Below, piece by piece: positions 55,863 through 64,000 of a stretch of DNA of 64,000 nt. A program made the translations under genes and the position numbers. Below the pieces are notes generated by a model. The model saw only the letters and a program-made list of their open reading frames with translations. It searched no databases and was not told where the DNA came from. Source of the DNA: an uncultured Acidobacteriota bacterium (lineage in GTDB: Bacteria; Acidobacteriota; Terriglobia; Acidiferrales; UBA7541); the NCBI GenBank assembly GCA_963833595.1, contig CAWHYM010000028.1, positions 3,938 through 67,937 of the forward strand. The letters are read 5' to 3'. Within the stretch, counting starts at the first letter, position 1, and each line of letters starts with the position of its first letter.

Positions 55863-56414
55863 ATGTACACGTGTCGCGAATGCGAGAATGAAATCAATCA
55901 AGCCACCGAACTGTGCCCTCATTGCGGCGCGGACCTGACGGCACCGATTCCTGGCGCGGAGGCGCCCGGAGCGAAGCCAGGCATCGGCAAAATTCTCATG
56001 CGTTGGGGAGTGCTCCTGGGAGTGCTGCTTGCCGCAATTTGGAGTTTTCTGTGGTTCGTCGTTCCCGAGCGGCAGGGCAATCCCACGGCGCAGGCGGAAG
56101 CGCGCGCCGCCGAGTCTTTGCGAGAAATCCGAGCCGCGCTGGTCGATTTTGCGTCGGCGCAGGGCGGCGCCTATCCGCGCCAGTTTGAGGCGGTTGGCGA
56201 CCGCGTACGCCTGGCCGCGCAGCTCGCCCAGAGCGTCAACTACCAGGTCCAGTACACGCCCGGCCCCGTCGACGCTGACGGAACGATCCGCACGTTTGCG
56301 CTTCAGGCTCGGGCTGGAAATTATGGTTTCCGAAACTTCTTTTTGGATGACACCGGAATCCTGCGCGCCACCCGGGAAAGCCGTGCCGCCACGTCTGAGG
56401 ATCCGCCATACTGA
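55863..56414 (+). CDS. zinc-ribbon + TM protein with pilin-like C-terminal domain
   Basis: 183-aa ORF: CRECENE...CPHCG, TM WGVLLGVLLAAIWSFLWFVV. The C-terminus NYQVQYTPG...FALQARAGNYGFRNFFLDDTGILRAT parallels the neighbouring pilin-like protein (GYRFAYVA...SFFTDQSGTIRST). Confidence 0.65.
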   Translation: MYTCRECENEINQATELCPHCGADLTAPIPGAEAPGAKPGIGKILMRWGVLLGVLLAAIWSFLWFVVPERQGNPTAQAEARAAESLREIRAALVDFASAQGGAYPRQFEAVGDRVRLAAQLAQSVNYQVQYTPGPVDADGTIRTFALQARAGNYGFRNFFLDDTGILRATRESRAATSEDPPY

Positions 56415-56616
56415 GGTTTGTCCATCGCGCTTATCATCCCCCTAGCTTTTTTTCTGGCCTCAGCCCGTTTCAGGAGTACAATCGCTGACCCAACATTTGC
56501 TTCGCCCGTTATCAATTACGGGACATAGATGGTTCCCGGCGTTGACAGTGGCCGACCCATCCAGTAATTAAGGGTGCCTATTGCTCGGAGCGAATAGACC
56601 CTCCCAGGAGAGCTTT

Positions 56617-57402
56617 ATGAAGACTCGTTCCCCGTTCTTGATTGCTCTAACTGTGCTCATGTCTTTGTCGATCATCGTGCCGCCGGACGTCCCGGCCCAG
56701 GTTGCGCAGCGAGCCGGCCAGGTTTCGCGCGCTATTCCCGAAGTGGCCATCGCGCGCGGCGCCCAGCAATTGCCGGCGCTCGTGAAAACGCTGGTGGATT
56801 GGGGCGACGCGGTCCGAACAGGCGACGGGGGACGCGCACGGGTCGCGCTCGACGACGGTTCCGTGCTGAATGTTGGCTCCAGTTCCACACTTACAGTGAC
56901 GCAGCACAATGCGGCCGCGCAGCAGACGCAGATCGAGCTGACATATGGGCGCGTGCGTTCGCAGGTGGTCAAGCAATCCAAGCCGAATGCGAAATTTGAA
57001 ATTCACACGGCCGTGGGCGTTGCGGGCGTGGTAGGAACGGATTTCTTTCTTGGCTATATGAATGGCCTGTTCCAAATCATCGTGTTTGAAGGCCACGTAA
57101 AGTTCTGCAATCTGGATGGCATCTGCGTGGATGTTCTCGCGGGGCAGATTGCGTCGATTCGAGACGGCCATCAGGCTCCTGACCAGCCCGGGCAAGCCAC
57201 TCCCTCGGAACTGACCGATGCGGCCAACGCGACATCCGTGGGAGCGACGTTCGCCGCTGAGGCGCCAGCGCATCATCTCAGCACCGGGTGGATCATTGCC
57301 CTGACGGCGATTGTGGTAATCCCGGCAATCGTCGTCCCTATAGCCACTCGCGGCAGCCATCCGCCAACGACCTGCGCCCAAGGTTTGACTGCTGTTTGCT
57401 GA
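56617..57402 (+). CDS. FecR-domain protein with signal peptide and C-terminal TM helix
   Basis: Start MKTRSPFLIALTVLMSL follows AGGAG. WGDAVRTGDGGRARVALDDGSVLNVGSSSTLTV...FEIHTAVGVAGVVGTDFF is FecR-like. Confidence 0.7.
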   Translation: MKTRSPFLIALTVLMSLSIIVPPDVPAQVAQRAGQVSRAIPEVAIARGAQQLPALVKTLVDWGDAVRTGDGGRARVALDDGSVLNVGSSSTLTVTQHNAAAQQTQIELTYGRVRSQVVKQSKPNAKFEIHTAVGVAGVVGTDFFLGYMNGLFQIIVFEGHVKFCNLDGICVDVLAGQIASIRDGHQAPDQPGQATPSELTDAANATSVGATFAAEAPAHHLSTGWIIALTAIVVIPAIVVPIATRGSHPPTTCAQGLTAVC

Positions 57403-57686
57403 TCGGAACAGCCGGATAAATATCCTGATTGCGCGGAGGCCGTATTCCCAGTGGCCTCCGCGCCTTCTTTTTCGCGCACCAAGTCACTTTTTCCGGCGTC
57501 TAACGGGTGTGGGACCAGTGGCGACACCCGGCCCTTTTCTCGCATCCAACTGTTTTTAGGGTACTTGCCCGCTGGACCGCCGCTCGAAGAACGCTTCGAG
57601 AACGAGCGCGTTGAGATCGGCGGCTCATAGGCATACACTAGTTATCTTAACTTTTGAATGCTGTTTCGGCGAAATGGAGCAGTTCT

Positions 57687-59432
57687 GTGAAAACTTTCGG
57701 TCTCGCGCTACTCGCGTCTTTGCTTTCTATGAACGCATTGGCAGCAAATAAGCCCGCTCGTCGTCCCGAGCCTGTGCCCCCGGCGCAACGGCCGGCACAG
57801 GTGGCGCCATCGCCTCTAATCGTAACGATGAGCCAGGAACTGGACCGCGAGATGCCGATTCTTTCTAAGGCCACTCCGCCGGCATACTTCATCAGTTACA
57901 TCCTGACTTCGACGGACCGCTCCGAAGTCATGGGATCGAACGGGGCGCTGCTCTCGAGCGAGGAAAGCCGTTCGCGATGGCTCGAGACTCAGGTGCGCGT
58001 GGGCAGCTACGATCTCGACAACACGCACAAGGTCGGCAATTCCGCGCCCAGCCAGGGCAGTTATGGCACCTCGGTGCCGATCGATGACGCTCCCGATGTG
58101 CTCCGCCGCGCGATGTGGCAGGAGACCGACAAACAATTCCGATCGGCCTCGGAAGGCCTGATCAAAATCGATACGAGCAAGGAAGTTCAGGTCCAAACGG
58201 CCGAGGAACACGCTCCGGATTTTGCGCGTGAACAGCCGCATACTTTCTACGGCCCGGAAGTTTCCGTCCATCCCGACCGTAAACCCTGGGAAGAAAAAGT
58301 TCGTCTTTACACGCGCGCCTTTCGTGCATCCCCGCAGATCCTGAATTCCATCGTGACGTTCAGCGCGACGGGCGACAATCAGTATCAGGTCACGAGCGAG
58401 GGCACGCGCCTGCAGTTTGGCCAGATCCACTACCGGCTGGAATTGTTCATCCAGGGAAAAGCGCCGGACGGCATGGACATCGACCGCTACTACAATTTTG
58501 ACTGGGCCAATCCATCGGATGCGCCGGATGACACGGCCGTGCTCGCCGAGGGACAGGTTCTCCGCAAGGAACTCGAAGCGCTGGTGGCCGCGCCGCTGGT
58601 CGAGCCGTACGCCGGCCCCGCGCTTTTGACGGGCCGCGCCACCGCCGTCTTCTTCCACGAAGTTTTCGGCCATCGCGCCGAGGGTTTCCGCCAGAAAGAC
58701 ATCAACGAAGGCCAGACGTTCGCCCGCAAGGTCGGCGAACCCATTCTTCCGAATTTTCTCTCCATCTACGACGATCCGACCGAGAGAACCCTCGGCAAGG
58801 AAATCCTCATCGGCTATTATCCCTTCGATGATGAGGGGACTCCATCCGAGCGCGTCACGCTTGTCGATCACGGCGTGCTGAAGAACTTTGAGATGTCGCG
58901 ACAGCCGCTCACCGGCTTCCCGGTCTCCAACGGACACGGCCGGCGCCAGATCGGCGCGCAGCCGGTTTCGCGCCAGGGAAACTTGATCGTCCAGAGCAGC
59001 CTCACCGTATCCAACGCCGAGCTGCGCAAAAAACTGATCGAGGAAATCAAGCGCCAGGGAAAACCGTTTGGCCTGCTGATTGACGATATCGCCGGCGGAT
59101 TTACGTTCACCGGCCGCGGCCAGCCGCAAGCGTTCCAGGTGCAGCCGCTGGTCGTTTACAAAGTGTTCGCGGACGGCCGCCCCGACCAACTCGTTCGCGG
59201 CGTGGATATCGTGGGAACGCCGCTGATTTCGCTCACCAAGATTGTAGCTACCGGCGACACGATGGAAGTGTTCAACGGATATTGCGGAGCGGAATCGGGT
59301 TCCGTGCCGGTCGCCGCCGTGGCTCCGGCCATTCTGATTTCAGAGATGGAAGTCCAGAAGAAGGAAACGTCCACCGACAAGCCGCCGATCTTGCCGCCGC
59401 CCGCGCACGACGCGCAGGCGGTGCGCCCATGA
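57687..59432 (+). CDS. secreted TldD/PmbA-family metallopeptidase (TldD-like, HExxxH)
   Basis: ORF 57654..59432, with the probable GTG start at 57687 (VKTFGLALLASLLSMNALA signal). Motif FFHEVFGHRAEG, then a C-terminus VAPAILISEMEV. Confidence 0.8.
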   Translation: MKTFGLALLASLLSMNALAANKPARRPEPVPPAQRPAQVAPSPLIVTMSQELDREMPILSKATPPAYFISYILTSTDRSEVMGSNGALLSSEESRSRWLETQVRVGSYDLDNTHKVGNSAPSQGSYGTSVPIDDAPDVLRRAMWQETDKQFRSASEGLIKIDTSKEVQVQTAEEHAPDFAREQPHTFYGPEVSVHPDRKPWEEKVRLYTRAFRASPQILNSIVTFSATGDNQYQVTSEGTRLQFGQIHYRLELFIQGKAPDGMDIDRYYNFDWANPSDAPDDTAVLAEGQVLRKELEALVAAPLVEPYAGPALLTGRATAVFFHEVFGHRAEGFRQKDINEGQTFARKVGEPILPNFLSIYDDPTERTLGKEILIGYYPFDDEGTPSERVTLVDHGVLKNFEMSRQPLTGFPVSNGHGRRQIGAQPVSRQGNLIVQSSLTVSNAELRKKLIEEIKRQGKPFGLLIDDIAGGFTFTGRGQPQAFQVQPLVVYKVFADGRPDQLVRGVDIVGTPLISLTKIVATGDTMEVFNGYCGAESGSVPVAAVAPAILISEMEVQKKETSTDKPPILPPPAHDAQAVRP

Positions 59433-61346
59433 ATCGTTCCAAGAGTGGACGGATGAACAAGCCAATGAAAATATCCCGATTCGATGTTTCCCTCGTGTTT
59501 GCGGCTATCGCTGCACTTTCCCTGATGTCCGCCGGGCCAGCCTGTGCGGCTCCGCCGCGGCGTCCCGCTGCAACGCTGGCCCAGCCGCAACAAACCGCCG
59601 CGGCGGATTCCGACCACACACTTGCGGCCATGCAGGATGAACTGGACCGCGCGCGCACGCGCCTCGAATTGAAAATTCCGGACACGAATGAACCCGCGCG
59701 CCCTTACTTTATCCAGTACCGCGTTCTCGATCTGGACGTGCGCACGATTGTTGCGGAATTTGGCGCGCTGGTTTCCTCGACCTCCGGCCGGAACCGCATC
59801 ATGAGCGTGGATGTACGCGTCGGAAACGATAATCTCGACAGCTCGAACTTTATTACCGATGAAGGCTTCAGCGGTTTTCTCGGCTCGACGGGCACGATCG
59901 GGATCGACCGCGATTACGATTCCCTGCGCCAGGATCTCTGGCTCGCCACCGATCAAGCCTTCAAAGCCGCTGTCGAGAATTTTTCCAAGAAGCAGGCGTT
60001 CATGTCGCGCCTGGCGAAAGCGCCCAGCATTCCCGATTTTTCTCCTGCAACGCCCACCGTTATGGTCGAACCATTGCACGATGCGGATTGGACCACGCGA
60101 AATTGGGAGCAGGAGGCCAGAATGGTTTCCGCGGCTTTGCGCCAGTTCCCGCAGTTGTACAGTTCGCGCGTCACCTACCACCTGATCTACACCACGAGTT
60201 ATTTGCTCAATAGCGACGGCACCAAGATTCGCGCGAATCACAGCCTCGCGGCCATCGAAGCCAGCCTTGAAACCGAATCGGACGATGGCATGGCCCTGCA
60301 TAATTACTACGCCGTTTACCGCCACCGTCCCGACCAATTGCCCGCGGCCGATGCCGTTCAAAAGGACCTCGAAAAGGCCGGGGAGCAATTGATCACGCTC
60401 CGCGCTTCACCTCCCGCAGCCGATTACGATGGCCCGGTGCTTTTCGAAGCGCCTGCGGCCGGCTCCTTGCTTGCGCAAATGCTGGGGCCGTCCCTTTCCG
60501 GGGCGCGCGGCCCGCTGGCGATGCAATCGGCCTTCGATCAATTGATGGACCGCTTGGGCGGGCGCAGCGAGTGGACCGGCAAACTCGGCTCGCGCGTCCT
60601 CCCCGGCTCGGTTTCGCTGCTGGATGATCCGACGGCCAAGCAGTTTCAGGGGCGGGATTTGCTGGGCACGTATGATGTGGACCAAGAGGGCGTGAAAGCG
60701 CAGCCGGTCGAGATCGTCAACAGCGGCCTGTTGCTGAATTTTCTGATGTCCCGCCGTCCGGGGCCCGATCTCGATCATTCGAATGGCCACGGCCGCGCCG
60801 CGTATTTGGGCGATCCGCGCCCGATGGCGAGCAATCTGTTTTTCACGTCCTTGGATGGCATTTCCCCGGATGACATGAAGAAGAAATTCATGGACGAGTG
60901 CAAGCAGAACGGCAACAAATGGTGTTTGATCGTTCGCGCCATGGATAACCCTGTCCTCGGCGTGCGCGAGCAGGAAGATCTTTCCGAGATCGTCATGGGC
61001 GCGGCATCTGGCGCGGCCACGGGCGACCGTCTGCCGTTGCTCGTGTACCGCGTCGACGTCGCGGACGGGAGAGAGTCACTGATTCGCGGCGCGCGTCTCA
61101 CCGGTCTTACGCTTCGCGCCGTCCGAAATATCGCCGCGGTTGGAAACGACGAGACGGCCTTCGATTTCATGCAGAGCCAGCAGGCGGGTTTTGCCGGAAC
61201 GGCGCTGGCTGCGTTCGGCTCAGCCGATTCCGGAGTTCCCGTCAACCGTGATCGCGCCATCGCTTCTGCTCGATGACGTGGAAGTCCACGGCGCGCGCGG
61301 CGAGCCGGAACGCTTGCCGCTCGTTCCTCCTCCGCCGATCCAGTAG
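59429..61346 (+). CDS. secreted TldD/PmbA-family protein (PmbA-like partner), apparent frameshift near the 3' end
   Basis: The ATG at 59429 overlaps the upstream stop (ATGA). Signal peptide ...LSLMSAGPACA. The annotated frame stops at 61276. The family-typical end VIAPSLLLDDVEV... is in ORF 61140..61346. Confidence 0.75.
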
Positions 61347-61427
61347 CACAGACTTTAGTCTGTGGGGTTTGTGGGAGCGCGATCATCGTGCTTGTTGCCA
61401 AAACCCACAGACTGAAGTCTGTGCTAC
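61343..61427. repeat. family-B hairpin-pair element
   Basis: GTAGCACAGACTTTAGTCTGTGGGGTTT ... AAACCCACAGACTGAAGTCTGTGCTAC. Its first bases supply the TAG stop at 61344-61346. Confidence 0.85.
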
Positions 61428-61489
61428 CTCGTCGTATAATCCTTTTCGAGGATTCTTCCATCACACGATCTCCTACATCGGTCAAGCAG

Positions 61490-62893
61490 ATGGCGGCGCT
61501 TGGGTCCATCGGCTCCGCGATCATCCTCGTGAGTCTCAAGGTGTTTTTGGCCGTCGCTACGGGCAGCCTGGGCGTGCTTTCCGAGGCGCTGCATTCGGGG
61601 CTGGATTTGATCGCGGCCATCCTGACGTGGCTATCGGTGCGGGTATCCGACCGGCCCGCGGATTCCGGGCACACGTATGGCCACGGGAAATTTGAAAATT
61701 TCTCCGCGTTCGTCGAAACGGGACTGCTTCTCGCGACTTCGGTGTACATCATCGTGGAGGCTTTTGTGCGCCTCCTGTTCAAGCAGGTGCATTTGCAGCC
61801 GAGCGCGCTGGCCATGGTGATTCTTGGCCTGGCGATGGGCATCGATCTGGTCCGCTCGCGAGCGCTCGCCCGCGTGGCGCGGGAATATCCGAGCGAAGCG
61901 CTTGAAGCCGACGCGCTTCATTTCTCGACCGATGTCTGGAGCACGTTTGTCGTCATTCTGGGAATGGGGACGGTCTGGATCGGCCAGCATTGGGGCATTA
62001 CCTGGCTGCAGAATGCCGACCCGATCGCCGCGCTCGCTGTCGCGGCCATCGTGATTTGGGTGGGATCGCGGCTCGGCAAGCGCACGCTTGACGCGCTGCT
62101 CGACGTGGCACCCGCTGGCCTGCAGGAGCGCGTCACGAAAGAAGTCGAAGGACTCGAAGGCGTGCTTTCCACCGAGCGCGTGCGGGTGCGGCGCGCAGGA
62201 AACAAGCACTTCGTGGACGTTACGATCAGCGTTCCGCGGTCCGCCAGCTTCGAGCAGGTGCACGCCATTTCCGACGCCGTCGAACGGCGCGTCGGCGAAA
62301 TTGTTCCCGCGGACGTGATGGTGCACATGGAGCCGCGCGCCGCCGCGGGAGAACATTTGTTTGACGCCATCCGCGTCATCGCCGCGCGCCTCGGCCTTGC
62401 CGTGCACGAAATTTCCGCCGACCAACTCGACGGGCGCCTGTTTATCGAGATGCACCTGGAAGTGGACGAACACTTGAGCCTGCGGGAAGCGCATCGCCGC
62501 GCGACCGAACTCGAAGAGGAAATTCGCAAACTTCCCGGCGTGGCCGCATCGTCGGATCGCGCTCACGCAAAAGTGAATATCCACATCGAGCCGCTCGGCA
62601 CGCACATCGCTTCGGTGGATGGCCAGCGCGGCGAAATGACCGGCCTCGGCCGCGCCATCGAAAACTACATCAACACGCTGCCCCGCGAATTTCACGAGCT
62701 GGTGGACTGCCACGAAGTTCACGTGCGCCAGGTCGAGCACAAAATCCTGGTGTCCTGCCACTGCGCCATGGATGGCAGCCTGCCCATCACCCAAATCCAC
62801 GACGTCACCGGCGCACTGGAAGACCGCGTGAAGGAACATTTCCCGCAGATCGCCCGCGTCACCATTCATCCCGAGCCAGTCGAAGAACGCTGA
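61490..62893 (+). CDS. cation diffusion facilitator (CDF) transporter with three tandem C-terminal cytoplasmic domains
   Basis: ORF 61388..62893, with the likely start MAALGS at 61490. TM domain with SEALHSGLDL and HFSTDV motifs. Followed by three CTD-like repeats ending MVHMEP, NIHIEP and TIHPEP. Confidence 0.8.
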   Translation: MAALGSIGSAIILVSLKVFLAVATGSLGVLSEALHSGLDLIAAILTWLSVRVSDRPADSGHTYGHGKFENFSAFVETGLLLATSVYIIVEAFVRLLFKQVHLQPSALAMVILGLAMGIDLVRSRALARVAREYPSEALEADALHFSTDVWSTFVVILGMGTVWIGQHWGITWLQNADPIAALAVAAIVIWVGSRLGKRTLDALLDVAPAGLQERVTKEVEGLEGVLSTERVRVRRAGNKHFVDVTISVPRSASFEQVHAISDAVERRVGEIVPADVMVHMEPRAAAGEHLFDAIRVIAARLGLAVHEISADQLDGRLFIEMHLEVDEHLSLREAHRRATELEEEIRKLPGVAASSDRAHAKVNIHIEPLGTHIASVDGQRGEMTGLGRAIENYINTLPREFHELVDCHEVHVRQVEHKILVSCHCAMDGSLPITQIHDVTGALEDRVKEHFPQIARVTIHPEPVEER

Positions 62894-62898
62894 GTTTC

Positions 62899-62995
62899 GT
62901 AGCACAGGCACTCTTGCCTGTGCGGTTTTGTGAACTTAACGTCTTCCTCCCATCCGCAATCGCAAGACCCGCACAGGCAAGAGTGCCTGTGCTAC
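62899..62995. repeat. family-B hairpin-pair element, variant loop (pairs with 27217-27320)
   Basis: GTAGCACAGGCACTCTTGCCTGTGCGGTTTTG ... GACCCGCACAGGCAAGAGTGCCTGTGCTAC, between convergent genes. Confidence 0.85.
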
Positions 62996-63008
62996 TCAAA
63001 AGCGCAAA

Positions 63009-64000
63009 TTAAAATCCCGGCGCGCCGGAAGCCGAGGCGCGAGCTTCGGCTGACGCGGCGGCGGGTTGCACGCCGAAGCGGAGGCGCTCGATCCAGCCCT
63101 GCGCGACCGACATCACTCCGGTATAGAGGAAACCCCAGACGAAGAGGAACAGGAACGGCGCGGTGGCGTAATTTTCATTCTGGATGGAATACACGATCGT
63201 CGCAGCGAAGTAGAGGCCCAGCGCGATTTCGAGATACGGCATCCATCCGGCGCGGTTGCGATAGAGTTTTTTCTTCCACGTGCCGGCCTGGCCTTCGATA
63301 TTGAATTTCGGCGTGCGCGCAAATTCCGATTTGCACGCCGAAGATGCGCTTCGAGCACGGCCTTGGCGTTGCGCACGGAAAGGCCGATGCCCACGGCCAT
63401 CACGAACGGCATGTAGAGGATCGAGCGCTTCCACGTCTTCGGATAGAGCGCGCGCTGCGACGCCAGATAAAAACCGGAAATCGAGCAGCTCGACGCGATG
63501 AACAGCGGCAGGTCGATGAACAGCATCTGGAACCAGCCCTGATAGAAGCGCACGATCATCGCGGGCAGCAGCAGCGTCGAGAGAACCACCATGAAGGGAT
63601 AGCTGATGTTGGCGGTGAGGTGAAAGACGGCCTCGGCCTTGACGTGCGTGGGCTCGTCCGAGCGCAGCACGCGCGGCAGGATTTTCTTCGCCGTCTGCAT
63701 CAGGCCCTTGGCCCAGCGCGCCTGCTGCGCCTTGAACGCGTTCATTTCCACGGGCAGCTCGGAGGCGCATTCGATATCCGGCAGATAGAGAAATTTCCAG
63801 CCGACGAAGCTGCGCGCGGTAGGAAAGATCGGTGTCCTCGGTGAGCGTGTCGTGCTGCCAGCCGCCGGCTTCGTCGATCGCGCAGCGGCGCCACACGCCC
63901 GCGGTGCCGTTGAAGTTGAAGAAAGCTGCCGCTGCGCGAGCGCGCGCCGTGCTCCATGACGAAGTGGCCGTCGAGCAGGATCGTTTCGACTTCGGTCAGC
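63009..64000 (-). pseudogene. family-2 glycosyltransferase (cellulose/hyaluronan-synthase-like, QxxRW), multiply frameshifted; 5' end outside the window
   Basis: The conserved string [16 protein letters not shown] / [38 protein letters not shown] / [33 protein letters not shown]... / [13 protein letters not shown]... can only be read by switching frame about four times. Confidence 0.7.

Noticed and set aside
56541-56570. TTGACA-N17-TAATTA as a promoter of the FecR-like gene
   Set aside because: The -35 is perfect, but the -10 matches TATAAT at only two positions. That is too weak to report as a feature.
57816-62911. Minus-strand ORFs 57816..59189, 59156..60388, 60775..61842 and 61631..62911
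   Set aside because: They are antisense to the TldD/PmbA pair and the CDF transporter, whose plus-strand translations carry family motifs. The minus-strand translations carry none.

Overview
High-GC bacterial chromosome segment, gene content and repeat style suggest Acidobacteriota (inference only). It is mostly core housekeeping genes. The minus strand carries a long translation/transcription supercluster: tRNA-Thr/Tyr/Thr/Gly, tuf, rpmG, tRNA-Trp, secE, nusG, rplKAJL and rpoBC (9.4-23.9 kb). The plus strand carries a dnaK-orf-dnaJ-hspR heat-shock operon (35.5-39.7 kb), a DnaC-like ATPase, rpsA, an IHF-like gene, a HIT protein and an acyl-CoA dehydrogenase. Also present are PBP1A, thiL, an M23 peptidase, a hybrid histidine kinase, two aldo/keto reductases, cystathionine beta-synthase, RidA, a sigma/anti-sigma/DUF4139-like operon, a pilin-like gene, a secreted TldD/PmbA pair and a CDF transporter. 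I found no CRISPR array, rRNA, integrase or transposase.

Points worth a second look:
1. At least four families of structured palindromic intergenic repeats, some showing compensatory base changes. One half-copy sits inside the rpoB-rpoC spacer.
2. A visibly AT-rich two-gene cassette of unknown function, with its own promoter-like and terminator-like signals, between toxin-antitoxin remnants and the rpoC terminator.
3. A tandem zinc-ribbon insertion in the N-terminal part of RpoB.
4. HAIR-like operators at the dnaK promoter, hspR at the operon end, and an unknown small gene where grpE would be expected.
5. A run of frame-disrupting lesions confined to accessory genes: an SQR remnant, a hypothetical protein, the anti-sigma factor, the pilin, the PmbA-like gene and a GT2 glycosyltransferase with about four indels.

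All product calls rest on motifs I recognised by eye in the ORF translations. No database search was possible.
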